From NCBI GenBank assembly GCA_963514005.1, contig OY740790.1, positions 5,022,001 to 5,086,000 of the forward strand: 64,000 nt of DNA. Direction: 5' to 3'. Shown in pieces: positions 49,686 through 62,901 of the stretch; position 1 is the stretch's first letter; each line of letters starts with the position of its first letter. The DNA comes from Raja brachyura (taxonomy: Eukaryota). The notes under the pieces are model-generated. The model had not been told where the DNA came from. It made no database searches and saw only the letters and a list, made by a program, of their open reading frames with translations. The position numbers and the translations under genes are program-made.

Positions 49686-51206
49686 AGGTACAGAAGTTTG
49701 AAAATGCACACCTCCAGATTCAGGGACAGTTTCTTCCTAGCTGTTATCAGGCAAATGAATCATCCTACCACAACCAGAGAGCAGTGCTGAACTACAATCT
49801 ACCTCATTGGTGACCCTCGGACTATCCTTGATCGGACTTTGCTGGCTTTATCTTGCACTAAACATTATTCCCTTACCATGTATCTATACACTGTAAATGG
49901 CTCGATTGTAATCATGTATTGTCTTTCTGCTGACTGTTTTCAGCACTCGACAAAAAGCTTCTATCTGTACACATGAAAATAAACTCCACTGAACCGAGTT
50001 CCTTGTATCTAACACTTGAGTCAAGTTGGTTCTAACCACTGTGACCGTCACATGGTGAAGTGGTTCATTCCCTTCTGGGCCAGCCTTCCATTCGTAAGAT
50101 CGCAAGTTTGTAAACCATCAGAATCAGAGGTGACCTCATAATGTGCCTGGCCGGTGACCTCACAGTGAACTGCATCCGTAACCATGAGAGACAGGCACCA
50201 TTTCATCTGTCAACTGGGCAAACTGGCTCCATTTCATATGTCAACTTGGAGTGGGTACGCAATACCCCTATTGCCAGGCATAGAAACAGCCGGCAGCTAC
50301 TAGAGGTGGAAACTCTGACCTTGGCGGAGTGGATCAATAACCCAAGCAAGGAGTTTCGAGAATGCCGCGGACAAAGGACAGCGTCACGCAGACTTGTAAG
50401 ATCTAAGGTAGATCTGAATCTGTTAATAGACCAAGATAAAAGGTGGAGTGACTCAGCGGGTCTTATTCTTAAACTGTGACCCCTGGTTCTGGACTCCCCC
50501 TACATCGGCAACATAGGGACGTAGGGCTCTTCTGCCACCTCTGAGCTTTTCTTTATGGGACAGAATCCTATCCATCCAGTGACAACCCTGTCTCCCATCT
50601 CCAACATGCCCCCACCTATTCCCTCCCCACCTCTTCCCTCCTCCACCCCCACCCCCCCCCCCCCCTCCCCCCAGCCTTCTACCCTCTCTGGACCTTTTTC
50701 TATCCACTGTGGGTGCAACAAGTGTCTTGGCTTCACTACTCCACTGGCCCACTCAAACCAGAAGGATCCCGACCTGAAACGACAAATGTCAAGGGGCATC
50801 TCTGGAGAACATTGATAGGTGACGTTTCACAAAGTGCTGGAGTAACTCAGCGGGTCAGGCAGCATTGCTGTCGAACTTGGATAGGTGACGTTTCACAGGA
50901 CAATTAAGCTAGTTGGACAACTAGGGTGGGGGAGGGATGGGGAGAGAGTGGGAAAGCAAGGGTTACTTGAAGTTGGAGAAATCAATATTCATATCGCTGA
51001 GTTGTAATCTGCCTGTCCCGCTGAGTTTCTCCAGCATTTTGTGTCTATCTTCAGTGTAAACCAGCATGTGCTGTTCCTGCTCATTTTGTCTTGCCCGCAT
51101 TGACCAAGATGCTCCATCTACACCAGTCCCACCTGCTTGCACTTGCTCCATATCTATCCATGCCTATCCTATCCATGCTAAGAGTCAAGAGTGTTTTATT
51201 GTCATA

Positions 51207-52206
51207 CTAGACTAAGTGGAACCCATTGGGTCCCAGTCACATGGGAGGCCTGGTCCCCCAACGCAATATTCCACCACTCACCTGTTCCCCCAACGCAACA
51301 ACAGGAGCGTTCTGTAGCCATGGGACAGGGACGGCCTCAGGTGGGGAGCGTCCTGCAGCCAGGGAGGGTTACGGCTTCAGGCGGGTCCTGTCAGGGAGTG
51401 TGTGTGGGGGGAGGGGGGATGTGTGTGGTGGGGGTGAGAGAGGGTTGGGTGGGGGGAGAGGGGTTTTGGAGGGGGGGTGGTTGTCGGATGTGGGTGCGGT
51501 AGGGGGGGTTGTGGGGGTAGGGGGAGGATGTTGGGGCAGGGGGTTTGTGGGGGTGGGAGGATGGTGGGGGGGATGGTGGTGGCAGGGGGGTTGTGGGGGT
51601 AGGAGGAGCAATGTGTGGTAAGGGGGAGTGTGGGGTAGTGTGGGGGAGAGGGTAGTAGAGGGGAGTTGTAGGGGAGTGGGGGGAAGGGAAGGGTGTGTAA
51701 GGGAGGATGGTGTAGGGAAGGGGAGGGATTGCGGGGGTGTAGGGGAGGGAGGGTTGTGGGGATAGGGGTGCTGTGGGCCCGCGCTCGCAGAACACAGCCC
51801 CCGCTCGCAGAACACAGACCCCGCTCGCAGAACACAGACCCCGCTCGCAGAACAAAGCCCTCCCTCGCAAAACAGAACACAGCTTCCACTCGCAGAACAG
51901 AACACAGACCCTGCTCGCAGAACACAGACCCCACTGGCACTTTGCTCACTACGCTCCTTTAAATTTATTCTCGAGGCCGATGATTGATTGCGGGTGCCAG
52001 AAGGGGGGTCGCCGTCCTGGCGAATAACAAACGAATAACTTTTCTAATATTTCACCGATCGGAACAAAACTTATTTGAGGCAGCAGAGAAGAATGGTGAG
52101 TAAGGTGGCTTAAAATCATAGCGCTATGGGGGATCGTTTTTGCGCAAATTTAATTACAACGCAGACCGGAAGAGGTCATGATGAGAGTTTTAGTAGTTTA
52201 GATAGA
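51207..52206 (-). mobile_element. Non-autonomous Helitron, copy 3
   Basis: Inserted in gtcata|tgtcc (A-T site, no TSD); minus strand TC start; hairpin then ACTTAGTCTAG end; internal G-rich tract and 20-bp repeat at 51782-51930. Confidence 0.8.
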
Positions 52207-52315
52207 TGTCCAAAAATGAACAATTAAATTCTGACTTACGATATGATAGAACTTTATCTATCCCAGGAGGGAAATTGATCTGCCAACAGTGATAAAACAC
52301 AAGATAAAGGCGGTC

Positions 52316-52640
52316 TTGGTGGCGCAGGGGTAGAGTTGCTGCCTTACAGTGAATGCAGCGACGGAGACCCGGGTCCGATTACGGGTGCTGTCTGTAGGGA
52401 GTTTGTATGTTCTCCCAGTGACCTGTGTCAATTTTCTCTGAGAACTTCGGTTTCCTCTCACACTCCAAAGACATACAGGTTTGTCGGTTAATTGGCTTCG
52501 GTAACATTGTAATTGTCCCGCGTGTGTGGAGTAGTGCTAGTGTACGGGATGATCGCTGGTTAGTGTTAATCGCTGGTCGCCGCGGACCCGGTGGGCCGAA
52601 GGGACTGTTTCCGTGCTTAATCTCTAAACTAAACTAAAAT
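52316..52640 (+). mobile_element. HE1-like SINE
   Basis: tRNA-like head, body, (ctaaa)n tail. Confidence 0.78.
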
Positions 52641-52899
52641 AATTAATTATGGTAGTGCTTTAGGAATGTTGGATACAGAACAGCGAATGTTGGATACAGA
52701 TACAGAACTCCCGGGATGACACCAGCTCTTGGCAACATTTTCATCATAATCCTTCAAATTCAATTTTTTTTTTTTAAAGGTTCAGCTTGTGAACTTTAAA
52801 CAGCCTTTTTATTTTAAATATCCTTCGCAGATTGTGGGCTGAAGGGCCAGTTTCTGCGCTGCGTCTCTAAAACTAAAACTAAACTTTTGTATACAGTCA

Positions 52900-54250
52900 G
52901 ATATATTTTATACTACTGCAAACATATCGGATGTATTGGAGTTCCTTGCTATGTTGCATCTGAGTTATAGTACCATTAATGGAGCTCGGAGTGTTTTGTC
53001 CTCCTATTTAGGACAATTTCAGAACGACAATTATCGGGTCTCATCTGTTAATATCCAGATTTATGAGAGGAATTTTAATAAAGTCCTACCAAACCTAGAT
53101 ATACAGAAATCTGGGATGTCAGTATAGTTCTCACATTGCTTCGGCAATGGACTCCAATTACGTCACTGTCTTTTCAGAAGTTAATATTTAAAGTGGTTAT
53201 GCTCATACCATTAATATCAGCACAATGAGTACAAACATTACAAATATTGTGGTTAGATTGTATGCAGTTGTCTGTAGATAAAATAATGTCAATGATCTAA
53301 GCAAGCAAAGCAAGCCAAGAAAGGCTGGAACCAATGTAATCTTTAAGACATACTCTGTCAACTAAACATTGTGTGTGGTTAAGCATCTGAATTAATATAT
53401 ATTGAATTAAGAGTCTCCGAGATTGTGAGACACCAATTTTCATTACCCACAAGAAACATATAAAAAGTGACAGTACAAACTATTGCTAGATGGAGAAACA
53501 GGTTCTGGATTAACTGGAGTAGACACTCATGTGTTTAAATGTCACTCCACAAGGGCGGTATCAATGTTTGCGACAAAGGTGCAGGACGTGCCGCTCGACC
53601 AAATTCTGGAGACCGCAGGATGGTCTAAAGAAGAAACATTCCTAGATTTATGATAAACCTGTTGTTACAGTGCCAGGGTTGCACATGCTGTGTTGGGTTC
53701 TGTTCAAAATTGTTTGCTTTGTTGCATATCATTTGTTGTTATTTCCCCTGGGATAGAAGGGTTATTACTTTTCTTTTTATTATTATTATTAAAATATTAA
53801 AATATTTATTGCATAATTTCAAGCAATATATATTATTTACTCACTACTGTGTAAACTGAAGCAGTGTGTCGTATGGAATGATCTACGGCATGAAAATCAC
53901 AGAGCTTTAAAATCTTCACGTAGTCACTCACGTGACTCCGAAGTAAAATGGTAAGATTAAACGAGAACTTACCTGTTCGAAGTTTGATCTTTATTTTATG
54001 AGGAGTTACGATGAGGGATTACGTGCCCTCCGCTCCCAACCCTCATAATATAAATGATCATCTGGTATTTCTAATCTTTGTGAGCTTTACTATCTTACTC
54101 CGGCTATTGGTTCTGTGTTTTTCACGCCACTGCTTTGAAGTATACCGAGCATGCGCCTGGCGGGGCTTCTTCTCACGTAATCCCTCATCGTAACTCCTCA
54201 TAAAATAAAGATCAAACTTCGAACAGGTAAGTTCTCGTTTAATCTTACTA
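52900..54250 (+). mobile_element. DIRS1-type tyrosine-recombinase retrotransposon, degenerate 3' part with ICR and terminal repeat
   Basis: Broken YR frames (LSYSTINGARSVLS, WDVSIVL, FKCHSTRA, ILETAGWS); perfect 75-bp inverted repeat 53951-54025 / 54174-54248. Confidence 0.85.
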
Positions 54251-55038
54251 TTATCTGTTATTTGCCCTTTATCAGTTTATTTATTCACGTGTGTATATAT
54301 TTATATAATAGTATATGGACACACTGATCTGTTTTGTAGTCATGCCTACTATGTTCTGTTGTGCTGAAGCAAAGCAAAAAATCATTGTCCGATCAGGGAC
54401 ACATGACAATAAACCCTCTTGAATCTTGAATCTTCTTGAGAAGGCAATTCTGGATTTAGTGTTATGTAATGAACCGGATTTGATAAAGGAACTTTAGATT
54501 AAGGAGCCATTAGGAGGTAGTGACCATAATATGGTCAAGTTTAATTTACAATTGGAGAGGGAGAAGGGTAAATCGGAGGTGTCAATTGGAGGCATCGCTT
54601 CTCGTCCTTCGACGCCACGACCACACACAGGCAAGAACGAGGTACTGGTAGGGGATGATCAGCCATGATCACATTGAATGGTGGTGCTGGCGCGATGGGC
54701 CAAAAGACCTACTCCTGCACCTATTGTCTATTGGCTCATCCCTGGATTGTGACTAGGTTCTCTTCCCGGGAGCTCTTTGTAACCCGAACGGTTTGCAATG
54801 GGAAATGCTGGTACAGGCCGATTTCCCACTTGGTAAAAGATGCCTTGAGTCCCATAGCAACCACCAATCCATCCGCTGGACTCCCAAACACTCTATTGGA
54901 TGGATGGGCTTTACATAAAGAGGGTGACTGTGCGGTGGGGAGGATCTGCATCTAAATGTAGAGCAGACAAAATGTAAAGGAAGGAACTGCTGATGCTGAT
55001 TCACACCAAAGATACTCACAAAATGCTGGAGTAACTTA

Positions 55039-55260
55039 AGGGCCTGTCCCACTTTCCTGAGTTATTCACAAATTCTCCTGAGTTATTCATGATTTCTCCC
55101 CCTCGTTTTCAGACTTACAGAATGGTCATAATGAGTCCGTAGGAGGCCGTAGGAGTCTGTGGATATATCGTAGCAGCTTGTTATGCCAGCCGTAGGTACT
55201 CGGGGCTATTTTCTTTACTCGTGGACATTTTTTATCATGTTGAAAAAACGTCCCGACTTA
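55039..55260. mobile_element. Harbinger-type MITE fragment
   Basis: TTA|AGGGCCTGTCCCACT terminus shared with the elements at 11939 and 36898. Confidence 0.6.
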
Positions 55261-55513
55261 CCTGATTCCCTGATGTTGGGGCGATCCAAGCTCCTGCGGC
55301 TTGGAGATCCCGATGTCTGTCTCTGACCAGAGACCGCGGGCTCCGCAATGTTAAGCCCCGCAGGCTGCTGTGGTGGAGCCGCCCTGTAATGAGCCATGTT
55401 CTCTTGCCAGATAAATAAATACCTCCCGGCCAAATGATCTTTGGGTCAAACATCGAATTTGGCAGAATAACTGCATTAATTTGTTCAACTTGTCTGTGTT
55501 TGCCACTCTGTAG

Positions 55514-55581
55514 CAACAATGTGCCGAGACAAGTCGCACATCCACAATTCCCAGGAAGAGCATGGTAAAGCGGCTCAGCCG
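55514..55581 (+). pseudogene. RGL1: RGL1-like exon remnant (..TSTIPRKSMVKRLS)
   Basis: tgtag acceptor and CG|GTGAGT donor; matches recalled RGL1 PRKSMVKRLS; 5' part appears deleted or frameshifted. Confidence 0.75.
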
Positions 55582-57530
55582 GTGAGTAGAATAAAATATC
55601 ACTGCATCTGGTTAACCCAGAGAGCACGGTCCCTCATTGATGTGTGGGAAGGAGCAGAACTGCAGATGCTGGTTTAAACTGAAGATAGACACAAAAAGCT
55701 GGAATAACTCAGTGGGTCAGGCAGCATCTGTGGAGAAAAGGAATGGGTGACGCTTAGGATTGAGACCCTTCTTCAGACTGAGAGTCAGGGGTGAGGAAAA
55801 CGAGAGATATGGAAGACATTTGAAAGCAGACGATGATCAAGGTATAGTAGATTGGTTCATTCAAAGGTAGACACAAAATGCTGGAGTAACTCAGCGGGAC
55901 AGGCAGCATCTCTGGAGAGAAGGAATGGGTGGTATTTTGGGTCGAGACCCTTCTGCAGACTAGAATGATTCATTGTTGGCGGGGGAGAAGATGACAACAA
56001 GGCATACAATCAGTAAAATTAATCAGGGCAGTGTATTCAGACCCGAAACGTCACCTGCCCTTTTTCTCCAGAGATGCTGTCTGTCCTGCTGAGTTCCTCC
56101 AGCCTTTTGTGTCTATCTGGTTTTTCATTGATCTTTGACATTGCACTCCATGGTGAGTAGAGCCTTTTGGTTCCAGAGCCTTTCTGGATTATCCTCTGAG
56201 ACTTTACTGGAGAACCTACCCGATCTACTGGTTGCTCAACACTTAATTCCACTCCCATTCCCACACTGACCTTTCTGTCTTTGGCCTCCTCCATTGTCAG
56301 AGTGAGGCCCAGTGGTTTGGGCCATCAATTTGAAATTATCTTCTTTGAAGTTGATGCCAGGAGATCTGTTTAAAGAAGATTAAATAATTGAGTAGGTTTA
56401 GCATGAGCATTGGCTGCAGCTCACTGCATTGGTCATAATTAGCAATGTTGGATACATGTAAACATGTATGACTCCAGAGGCCTGACATTAGGGTGGTTGG
56501 AGGTACCCAGTTGTCTCAGACTGGTTTCACAATTGCTGCTAGTCAGAGGGTGGTGATTGTGTGGTATTCTTTGCCACGGAAGGCTGTGGAGGCCATCAAT
56601 GGATATTTCAAAGCCAGGGATAAATAGATTTTTGTTTAAGAAAGAAACTGCAGATGCTGGAAAAATCGAAGGTAGACAAAAATGCTGGAGGAACACAGTG
56701 GGTGAGGCAGAATCTATGGAGAGAAGGAATAGGTGACATTTCAGGTTGAGACCCTTCTTCAGACTGACAGAGATAGATAGATTTTTGATTAGTGCGGGTG
56801 TCAGGGGTTATGTGGAGAAGGCAGGAGAACTGGGTTAGGAGGGAGGGATACATCAGTCATGATTGAATGGCGGAGTTGACTTGATGGCCCGCATGGCCCA
56901 TTCTGCTCCTATCACTTATTAACTTATGAACAGCACCTCAAATTTTGCTTGGGCAGTTACACCCCAGTAGTATGAACATTGACTTCTCTAACTTCAAGTA
57001 GCCCTTGCTTTCCCTCTCTCTCCAACACTCCTCCTTCCCAATTCTCCCACTAATCTTACTGTTTATGGCTACATTTTATCTCTGTGCCTCCCACTCCCCA
57101 GTCTGAAGAAGGGTCTCAACCCGAAACATCACCCATTCCTTCTCTCCAGAGATGTTGCCCGTCCCGCTGAGTTACTCAAGCATTTTGTGTCTTTACTTTG
57201 ACTTAAAAGACATTTTGCCGTACGGAAATAGGAAAGGTTGAGAGGGATATGGGCCAAATGCAGAGATGCTGCCCATCCCGCTGAGTTACTCCACCATTTT
57301 GTGTCTTATCTTCGATTCAAGAGACATTTTGACAGGTACGGAAATAGGAAAGGTTGAGAATGGGCCAAGTGCAGGCAGGTGGGACTGGGGTTTGTACGTT
57401 CTCTCTGTGACTGCGTGGGTTTTCTCTGGGTGCTCCGATTTCCTCCCGCATTCCCGCAGGTGTGTAGGTTAATTCTGAAAATTGCCCCCAGTGAGTAGGG
57501 TTGACCTAGTGTACAGGTGATCGCTGGTCA

Positions 57531-57750
57531 ACATAGAAGCATAGAAATTAGGTGCAGGAGTAGGCCATTCGGCCCTTCGAGCCTGCACCGCCATTCAATA
57601 TGATCATGGCTGATCATCCAACTCAGTATCCCATACCTGCCTTCTCTCCATACCCCCTGATCCCTTTAGCCACAAGACCCACATCCAACTCCCTCTTAAA
57701 TATAACCAATGAACTGGCCTCAACTACCTTCTGTGGCAGAGAATTCCCAG
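57531..57750 (-). mobile_element. CR1 3' tail replacing the start of the RGL1-like exon
   Basis: Reverse complement of the 420-640 tail; supplies the spurious N-terminus of ORF 57600..59561. Confidence 0.85.
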
Positions 57751-59557
57751 AGAGGCAGCTCTGGGGAGACCATGGACTCCATAGGCATTTCATCATTGTA
57801 CTACAACAACTGAAAATTGAAGAGACCTGCACACCCACCGACACGCCCACCGACACACCCGCTGACATGCCCACCGACATGCCCAATGTCATGCCCACCT
57901 ACATGCCCACTGTCATGCCCACTGATACGCCCGCCTACACGCCCAATGACATGCCCACCTACATGCCCACTGACATGCCCACTGACATGCCCACCGACAT
58001 GCCCACTGTCATGCCCACCTACATGCCCACTGTCATGCCCACTGATACGCCCGCCTACACGCCCAATGACATGCCCACCTACATGCCCACTGACATGCCC
58101 ACTGACATGCCCACCAACATGCCCACTGTCATGCCCACCTACATGCCCACTGTCATGCCCACTGATACGCCCGCCTACACGCCCACTGACATGCCCACCA
58201 TCATGCCCACTGACATGCCCACCAACATGCCCACTGACATGCCCACCAACATGCCCAATGACATGCCCACCAACATGCCCGCCTACACGCCCACTGACAT
58301 GCCCACTGACATGCCCACTGTCATGCCCACCATCATGCCCACTGTCATGCCCACTGACATGCCCACCTACACACCCACTGTCATGCCCACTGACATGCCC
58401 ACAGACATGCCCACCGACATGCCCACCGACATGCCCACCGACATGCCCACCAACATGCCCACCGACATGCCCACCAACATGCCCACAGACATGCCCACCA
58501 ACATGCCCACAGACATGCCCACTGACATGCCCACTGACATGCCCACCAACATGCCCACTGACATGCCCACTGACATGCCCACTGACATGCCCACAGACAT
58601 GCCCACTGACATGCCCACGGACATGCCCACTGACATGCCCACTGACATGCCCACTGACATGCCCACCAACATGCCCACTGACATGCCCACTGTCATGCCC
58701 ACCAACATGCCCACCAACATGCCCACTGACATGCCCACTGACATGCCCACCAACATGCCCACCAACATGCCCACTGACATGCCCACTGTCATGCCCACCA
58801 ACATGCCCACCAACATGCCCACTGACATGCCCACTGACATGCCCACTGACATGCCCACTGACATGCCCACCAACATGCCCACAGACATGCCCACTGTCAT
58901 GCCCACAGACATGCCCACCGACATGCCCACTGACATGCCCACCGACATGCCCACCAACATGCCCACAGACATGCCCACCAACATGCCCACAGACATGCCC
59001 ACTGACATGCCCACTGACATGCCCACCAACATGCCCACAGACATGCCCACTGACATGCCCACTGTCATGCCCACTGACATGCCCACAGACATGCCCACTG
59101 TCATGCCCACAGACATGCCCACTGTCATGCCCACAGACATGCCCACTGTCATGCTCACCAACATGCCCACTGACATGCCCACCGACATGCCCACTGACAT
59201 GCCCACTGACATGCCCACCGACATGCCCACCGACATGCCCACCAACATGCCCACCGACATGCCCACCGACATGCCCACCGACATGCCCACTGACATGCCC
59301 ACCGATATGCCCACTGACATGCCCACCGACATGCCCACTGACATGCCCACCAACATGCCCACCGACATGCCCACCAACATGCCCACTGACATGCCCACCG
59401 ACATGCCCACTGTCATGCCCAATGACATGCCCACAGACATGCCCACCGACATGCCCACTGAATTGCCCGCTGTCCCGCCTGTCAGCACTACGTCGACACA
59501 CCTGTGGACAGGCCCGCCAACAAGCCCACTGACACGCCCTAAGAGCCACATAAAAAG
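57751..59557 (+). pseudogene. RGL1: RGL1-like exon remnant with a PTDM repeat expansion
   Basis: GSSGETMDSIGISS (RGL1 GSSGESMDSVSVSS), frameshift, IEETCTPTDTP-(PTDM)n, frameshift, PTDTP*EPHKK|GTAACG (RGL1 PMDTPDEPQKK). Confidence 0.75.
57833..59470 (+). repeat. 12-bp minisatellite (CCCACTGACATG)n, ~135 copies
   Basis: Strict 12-bp period; variation mostly at ACN and GAC/AAC/GTC/TAC. Confidence 0.97.
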
Positions 59558-59587
59558 GTAACGGGAGAACCCCTCCCTCATGTACCA

Positions 59588-59900
59588 CACGGTGGTGCAG
59601 CCGTACTGTTGCTGCCTTGCAGCACTTGCAGCGCCAGAGACCTGGGTTTGATCAAAACAGCAGGTACAGTCTGTACAGAGTTTGTACGTTCTCCCAATGA
59701 CTTGCATGGGTTTTCTCCGGGCTCTCCAGTTTCCTCCCACATTCCAAAGACATGCAGGTTTGTAGATTAATTGGCTTGGTATAAATGTAGATTGTCTCTA
59801 GTGTATGTGGGGTAGTGTTAATGTGCGGGGATCACTGGTCAGTGCGGACTGTGTGGGCCGAAGGGCCTGCTTCCCCGCTGTGTTTCTTAAACTAAAAACC
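59588..59900 (+). mobile_element. HE1-like SINE
   Basis: Full head-body-tail structure. Confidence 0.78.
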
Positions 59901-62650
59901 TAAAACAGCAGCAAGGAACTGGAGATGCGTGTGTACTTTAAAAAAAAACTCAAAGTGCTGGAGTAACTCAGCGGAGTGCAAGTGTCCCGGCCTGGCGTTT
60001 CAAGCACAAAATGTTTTATGACGAGACTGTTCTAACTTTGTGAAAACAAAATGTTTTCCCGTAATACTGCCTGGATTAGAGGGCTTCAGCTACAGGGATA
60101 GGTTGGATAGACTTGGATTGTTTTCTGTGCCATGTCAGAAGATGAGAGGAGACTTGACAGATATATACAAAATTATGAGTGGTCCGGATAGGGCAGACAG
60201 TCAGAATCTTTCTCCCCCAGACTGCAAATGTCCAAGACAACACCTATCCACATCCTCCAGAGATGCTGCCTGACATGCTGAGAGTATACTTTAGTTTATT
60301 ATTGTCACGTGTACTGAGGTACAGTGTAAAGCTATCCAGTTAGCGGAAGGACAATACATGATTACAATCTACCCATCCATAGTGTACAGATATAGAATTA
60401 AGGGAATAACGTTTAGTGCAAGGTAGAGTATGATTTAACATAGTCTGAGGGATAGTTTAAGAATAAGGGGTAAGTTATTTAGAACGGAGATGAAGAAAAG
60501 CTTTTCCACACAGAGAGTTGTGAATGTGAAATTCTCTGCCTCTTTCAAGAGAGAGCTTGGCAGAGCTCTTAAAGATAGCGGAGTCAAGAGATATGGGGAG
60601 AAGGCAGGAATGGGGTACTGATTGTGGATGATCAGCGATGATCACAGTGAATTGTGGTGCTGGCTCGAGGGGCCAAATGGCCTACTCCTTGCGCCTAATG
60701 TCTATTGTCTTCAATTAATAACAATGAATGTATAAAATGTTATTAGCCAAGTATGTCCACATACAAGGAATTTCCCTTGGTGCTTTGCTCGCAAGTAATA
60801 ACAAGATATTCAGTAGACAATGATTATAATTAATATTATAATTAATATTATAATTTAAACATGTGAAAATAAAGTACCAGGGTAAAAAGAGGCTACAGAC
60901 ATTTGGCAGTTGAGTAAAGTTACTGCTCGTGGGAAGAAGCTGTTTTTTTTGTCTGGCTGTGGCAGCTTTGATGGTCCGGAGTCGCCTCCCAGAGGGAAGT
61001 GATTCAAAGAGTTTATGGCCAGAGGTGAGAGCGACAGAAAACATCTGCCAATGTGGTAGATGGTAGGTCGGGACTGCTCTCTGGTTGGTGACAGGATGAT
61101 TAGAACAAAGGACAGTACAGCACAGCAATGGGCCCTTTGGCCCATAATGTTTGTGTCGAACATGACGCCAGGTTAAACTCTCATCTGCCAATACATGATC
61201 CATGTCCCTCTCTCCCCTCTACTTCCATGTGCCCACCTAAAAGCTTCTTAAACACCCCTGTCGTATCTGCCTCCACCACCACCCCAGATCAAGCATTCCA
61301 GGCCCCCACCACTGCCCCGCGCATCCCCATTAAACGTTCCCCTCTCACCTTATAGCGATGCCCTCTAGTCTTGGATATTTGCAGGCTGGGGTAAAAAGAT
61401 TCTGAGTGTCTACCCTAACTGTGCCTCTCATAATTTTATATACATATAAAGTTAGGTCTCCTCTCAACCTCCGACATTGCAGAGAAAACAATGCAGGTCT
61501 ATCCAACCTGTCCCTGTAGCTGAGGCCCTCGAATCCAGGCAGCTTTCTGGTGAAATGTTTTGTTTTCAAAAAGTTAGAACCTTTTCCTCGAAAAACATTT
61601 TACGCACGTCCGTCTTACTGGTTCTAATGAGTGGTGGCCGCAAGGAACTGCAGATACTGGTTTACATAAAAAGATAAAGTGCTGGAGTAACTCCACAGTC
61701 GCTGAGGGGCATGGTCTGGAGAAAGGCAGGTTTGTGATCCTGTGTTGAGGTCAAGTAAGTGGAGGAGCTTTGATTGAGCATGTGGACCCTGAGGAAGGAT
61801 AAAGTGAAGCTGAGATCTATGGAGTGAGCCGACTTAATCCAGCACTTTGTGACACAGTGGTAGAGTTGCTGCCTTACAGTGCCAGAGACCCGCGTTCAAA
61901 TCTGAACACGGGGCTTCCTGTGAGAAGTTTACGTTCCCCCCGTGACCACATGGGTTTCCCCAGGTGCTCCGGCTTCCACCCACACTCCAAATACGCGCCA
62001 GTTTGTAGGTTAATTGGCTTCTGCAAATCGTAAATTTGTCCCTGGTGTGTAGGATAGTGTGTGGGGATCACCGGTCGGTGTGGACTCGGTGGGCCGAAGA
62101 GCATGTTTCTGCACTGTAAAGTTGCTCAAATAGGACTTGGCTATTAGTAGTGGTTATGTTATGCAGAAGCAATACAGTGCAAGTGAAGTTTTGATTGTTG
62201 CAAGTGCATCACACCAATATTTAGTTTAGTTTACCTGAGAGAAACAGTCCCTTCGGCCCATTGAGTCTGTGCTGACCAGCGATCACCCCATTCATTAATT
62301 CTATGCTACACACTAAGAACAATTTACAGAAGCTAAATAACCAATAACCCTGCACATCTGTGGGATGTGAGAGGAAATGGGATATGACAATAAAACATTC
62401 TTGACTCTTGAAACCGGAGGAAACCCACGTGTTCACCGGGCGAATGTGCAAAATCCACAAAGACAGCTCCTGAGGTCAGGATTGAACCCAAGTCTCTGGA
62501 TCTGTGAGGTAACAACTAATCTCATGATTTTATGCACGTCTATAAGATGACCACACATCCTATATAGACAATGGGAGCAGCCTGGCTTGATGATAGAACT
62601 GGAAAGTTGGATTGGAAATATTTAAACTCCCATCGTACTGTTTTGTTTTC

Positions 62651-62901
62651 CTCCGAATTAATCATTAGCATCTTCCTTATCCCCCCACGCAATGGACACG
62701 GCAACTTCGGGCCTGTCATCGTGGATCTGCACCGTTTCCTGCTTGCCTTTCTTCCACCACAAGCACCACAAGCGCACCATCTCGGGGACTTCCCGCAGCT
62801 CCAGGACGCCACGCCCTAAGTACAACAAGTGTAACGAGGAAAATTGCATCATCCGCGTCAGCCGCAAGAACGGCAATAGGAATCGCTACAAAAGCATTGT
62901 G
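62651..62901 (+). pseudogene. RGL1: RGL1-like exon remnant including the start of the Ras-association (RA) domain
   Basis: HAMDTATSGLSS...HKRTISGTS...YNKCNEENCIIRVS...YKSIV|GTACGT versus RGL1 HSMDTNSSGMSS...HKRSVSVTS...YNQQNEDTCIIRIS...YKSIM; the expected acceptor near 62650 is absent. Confidence 0.8.

Noticed and set aside
50141-50479. 112-aa ORF with faint resemblance to RasGEF-region peptides (SRQLL...RRL)
   Set aside because: Similarity is too weak by eye and splice boundaries do not match; it needs a profile search.
57600-59561. 653-aa stand-alone mucin-like gene
   Set aside because: The N-terminus is antisense LINE tail, there is no signal peptide, and the flanks match an RGL1 exon in other frames.
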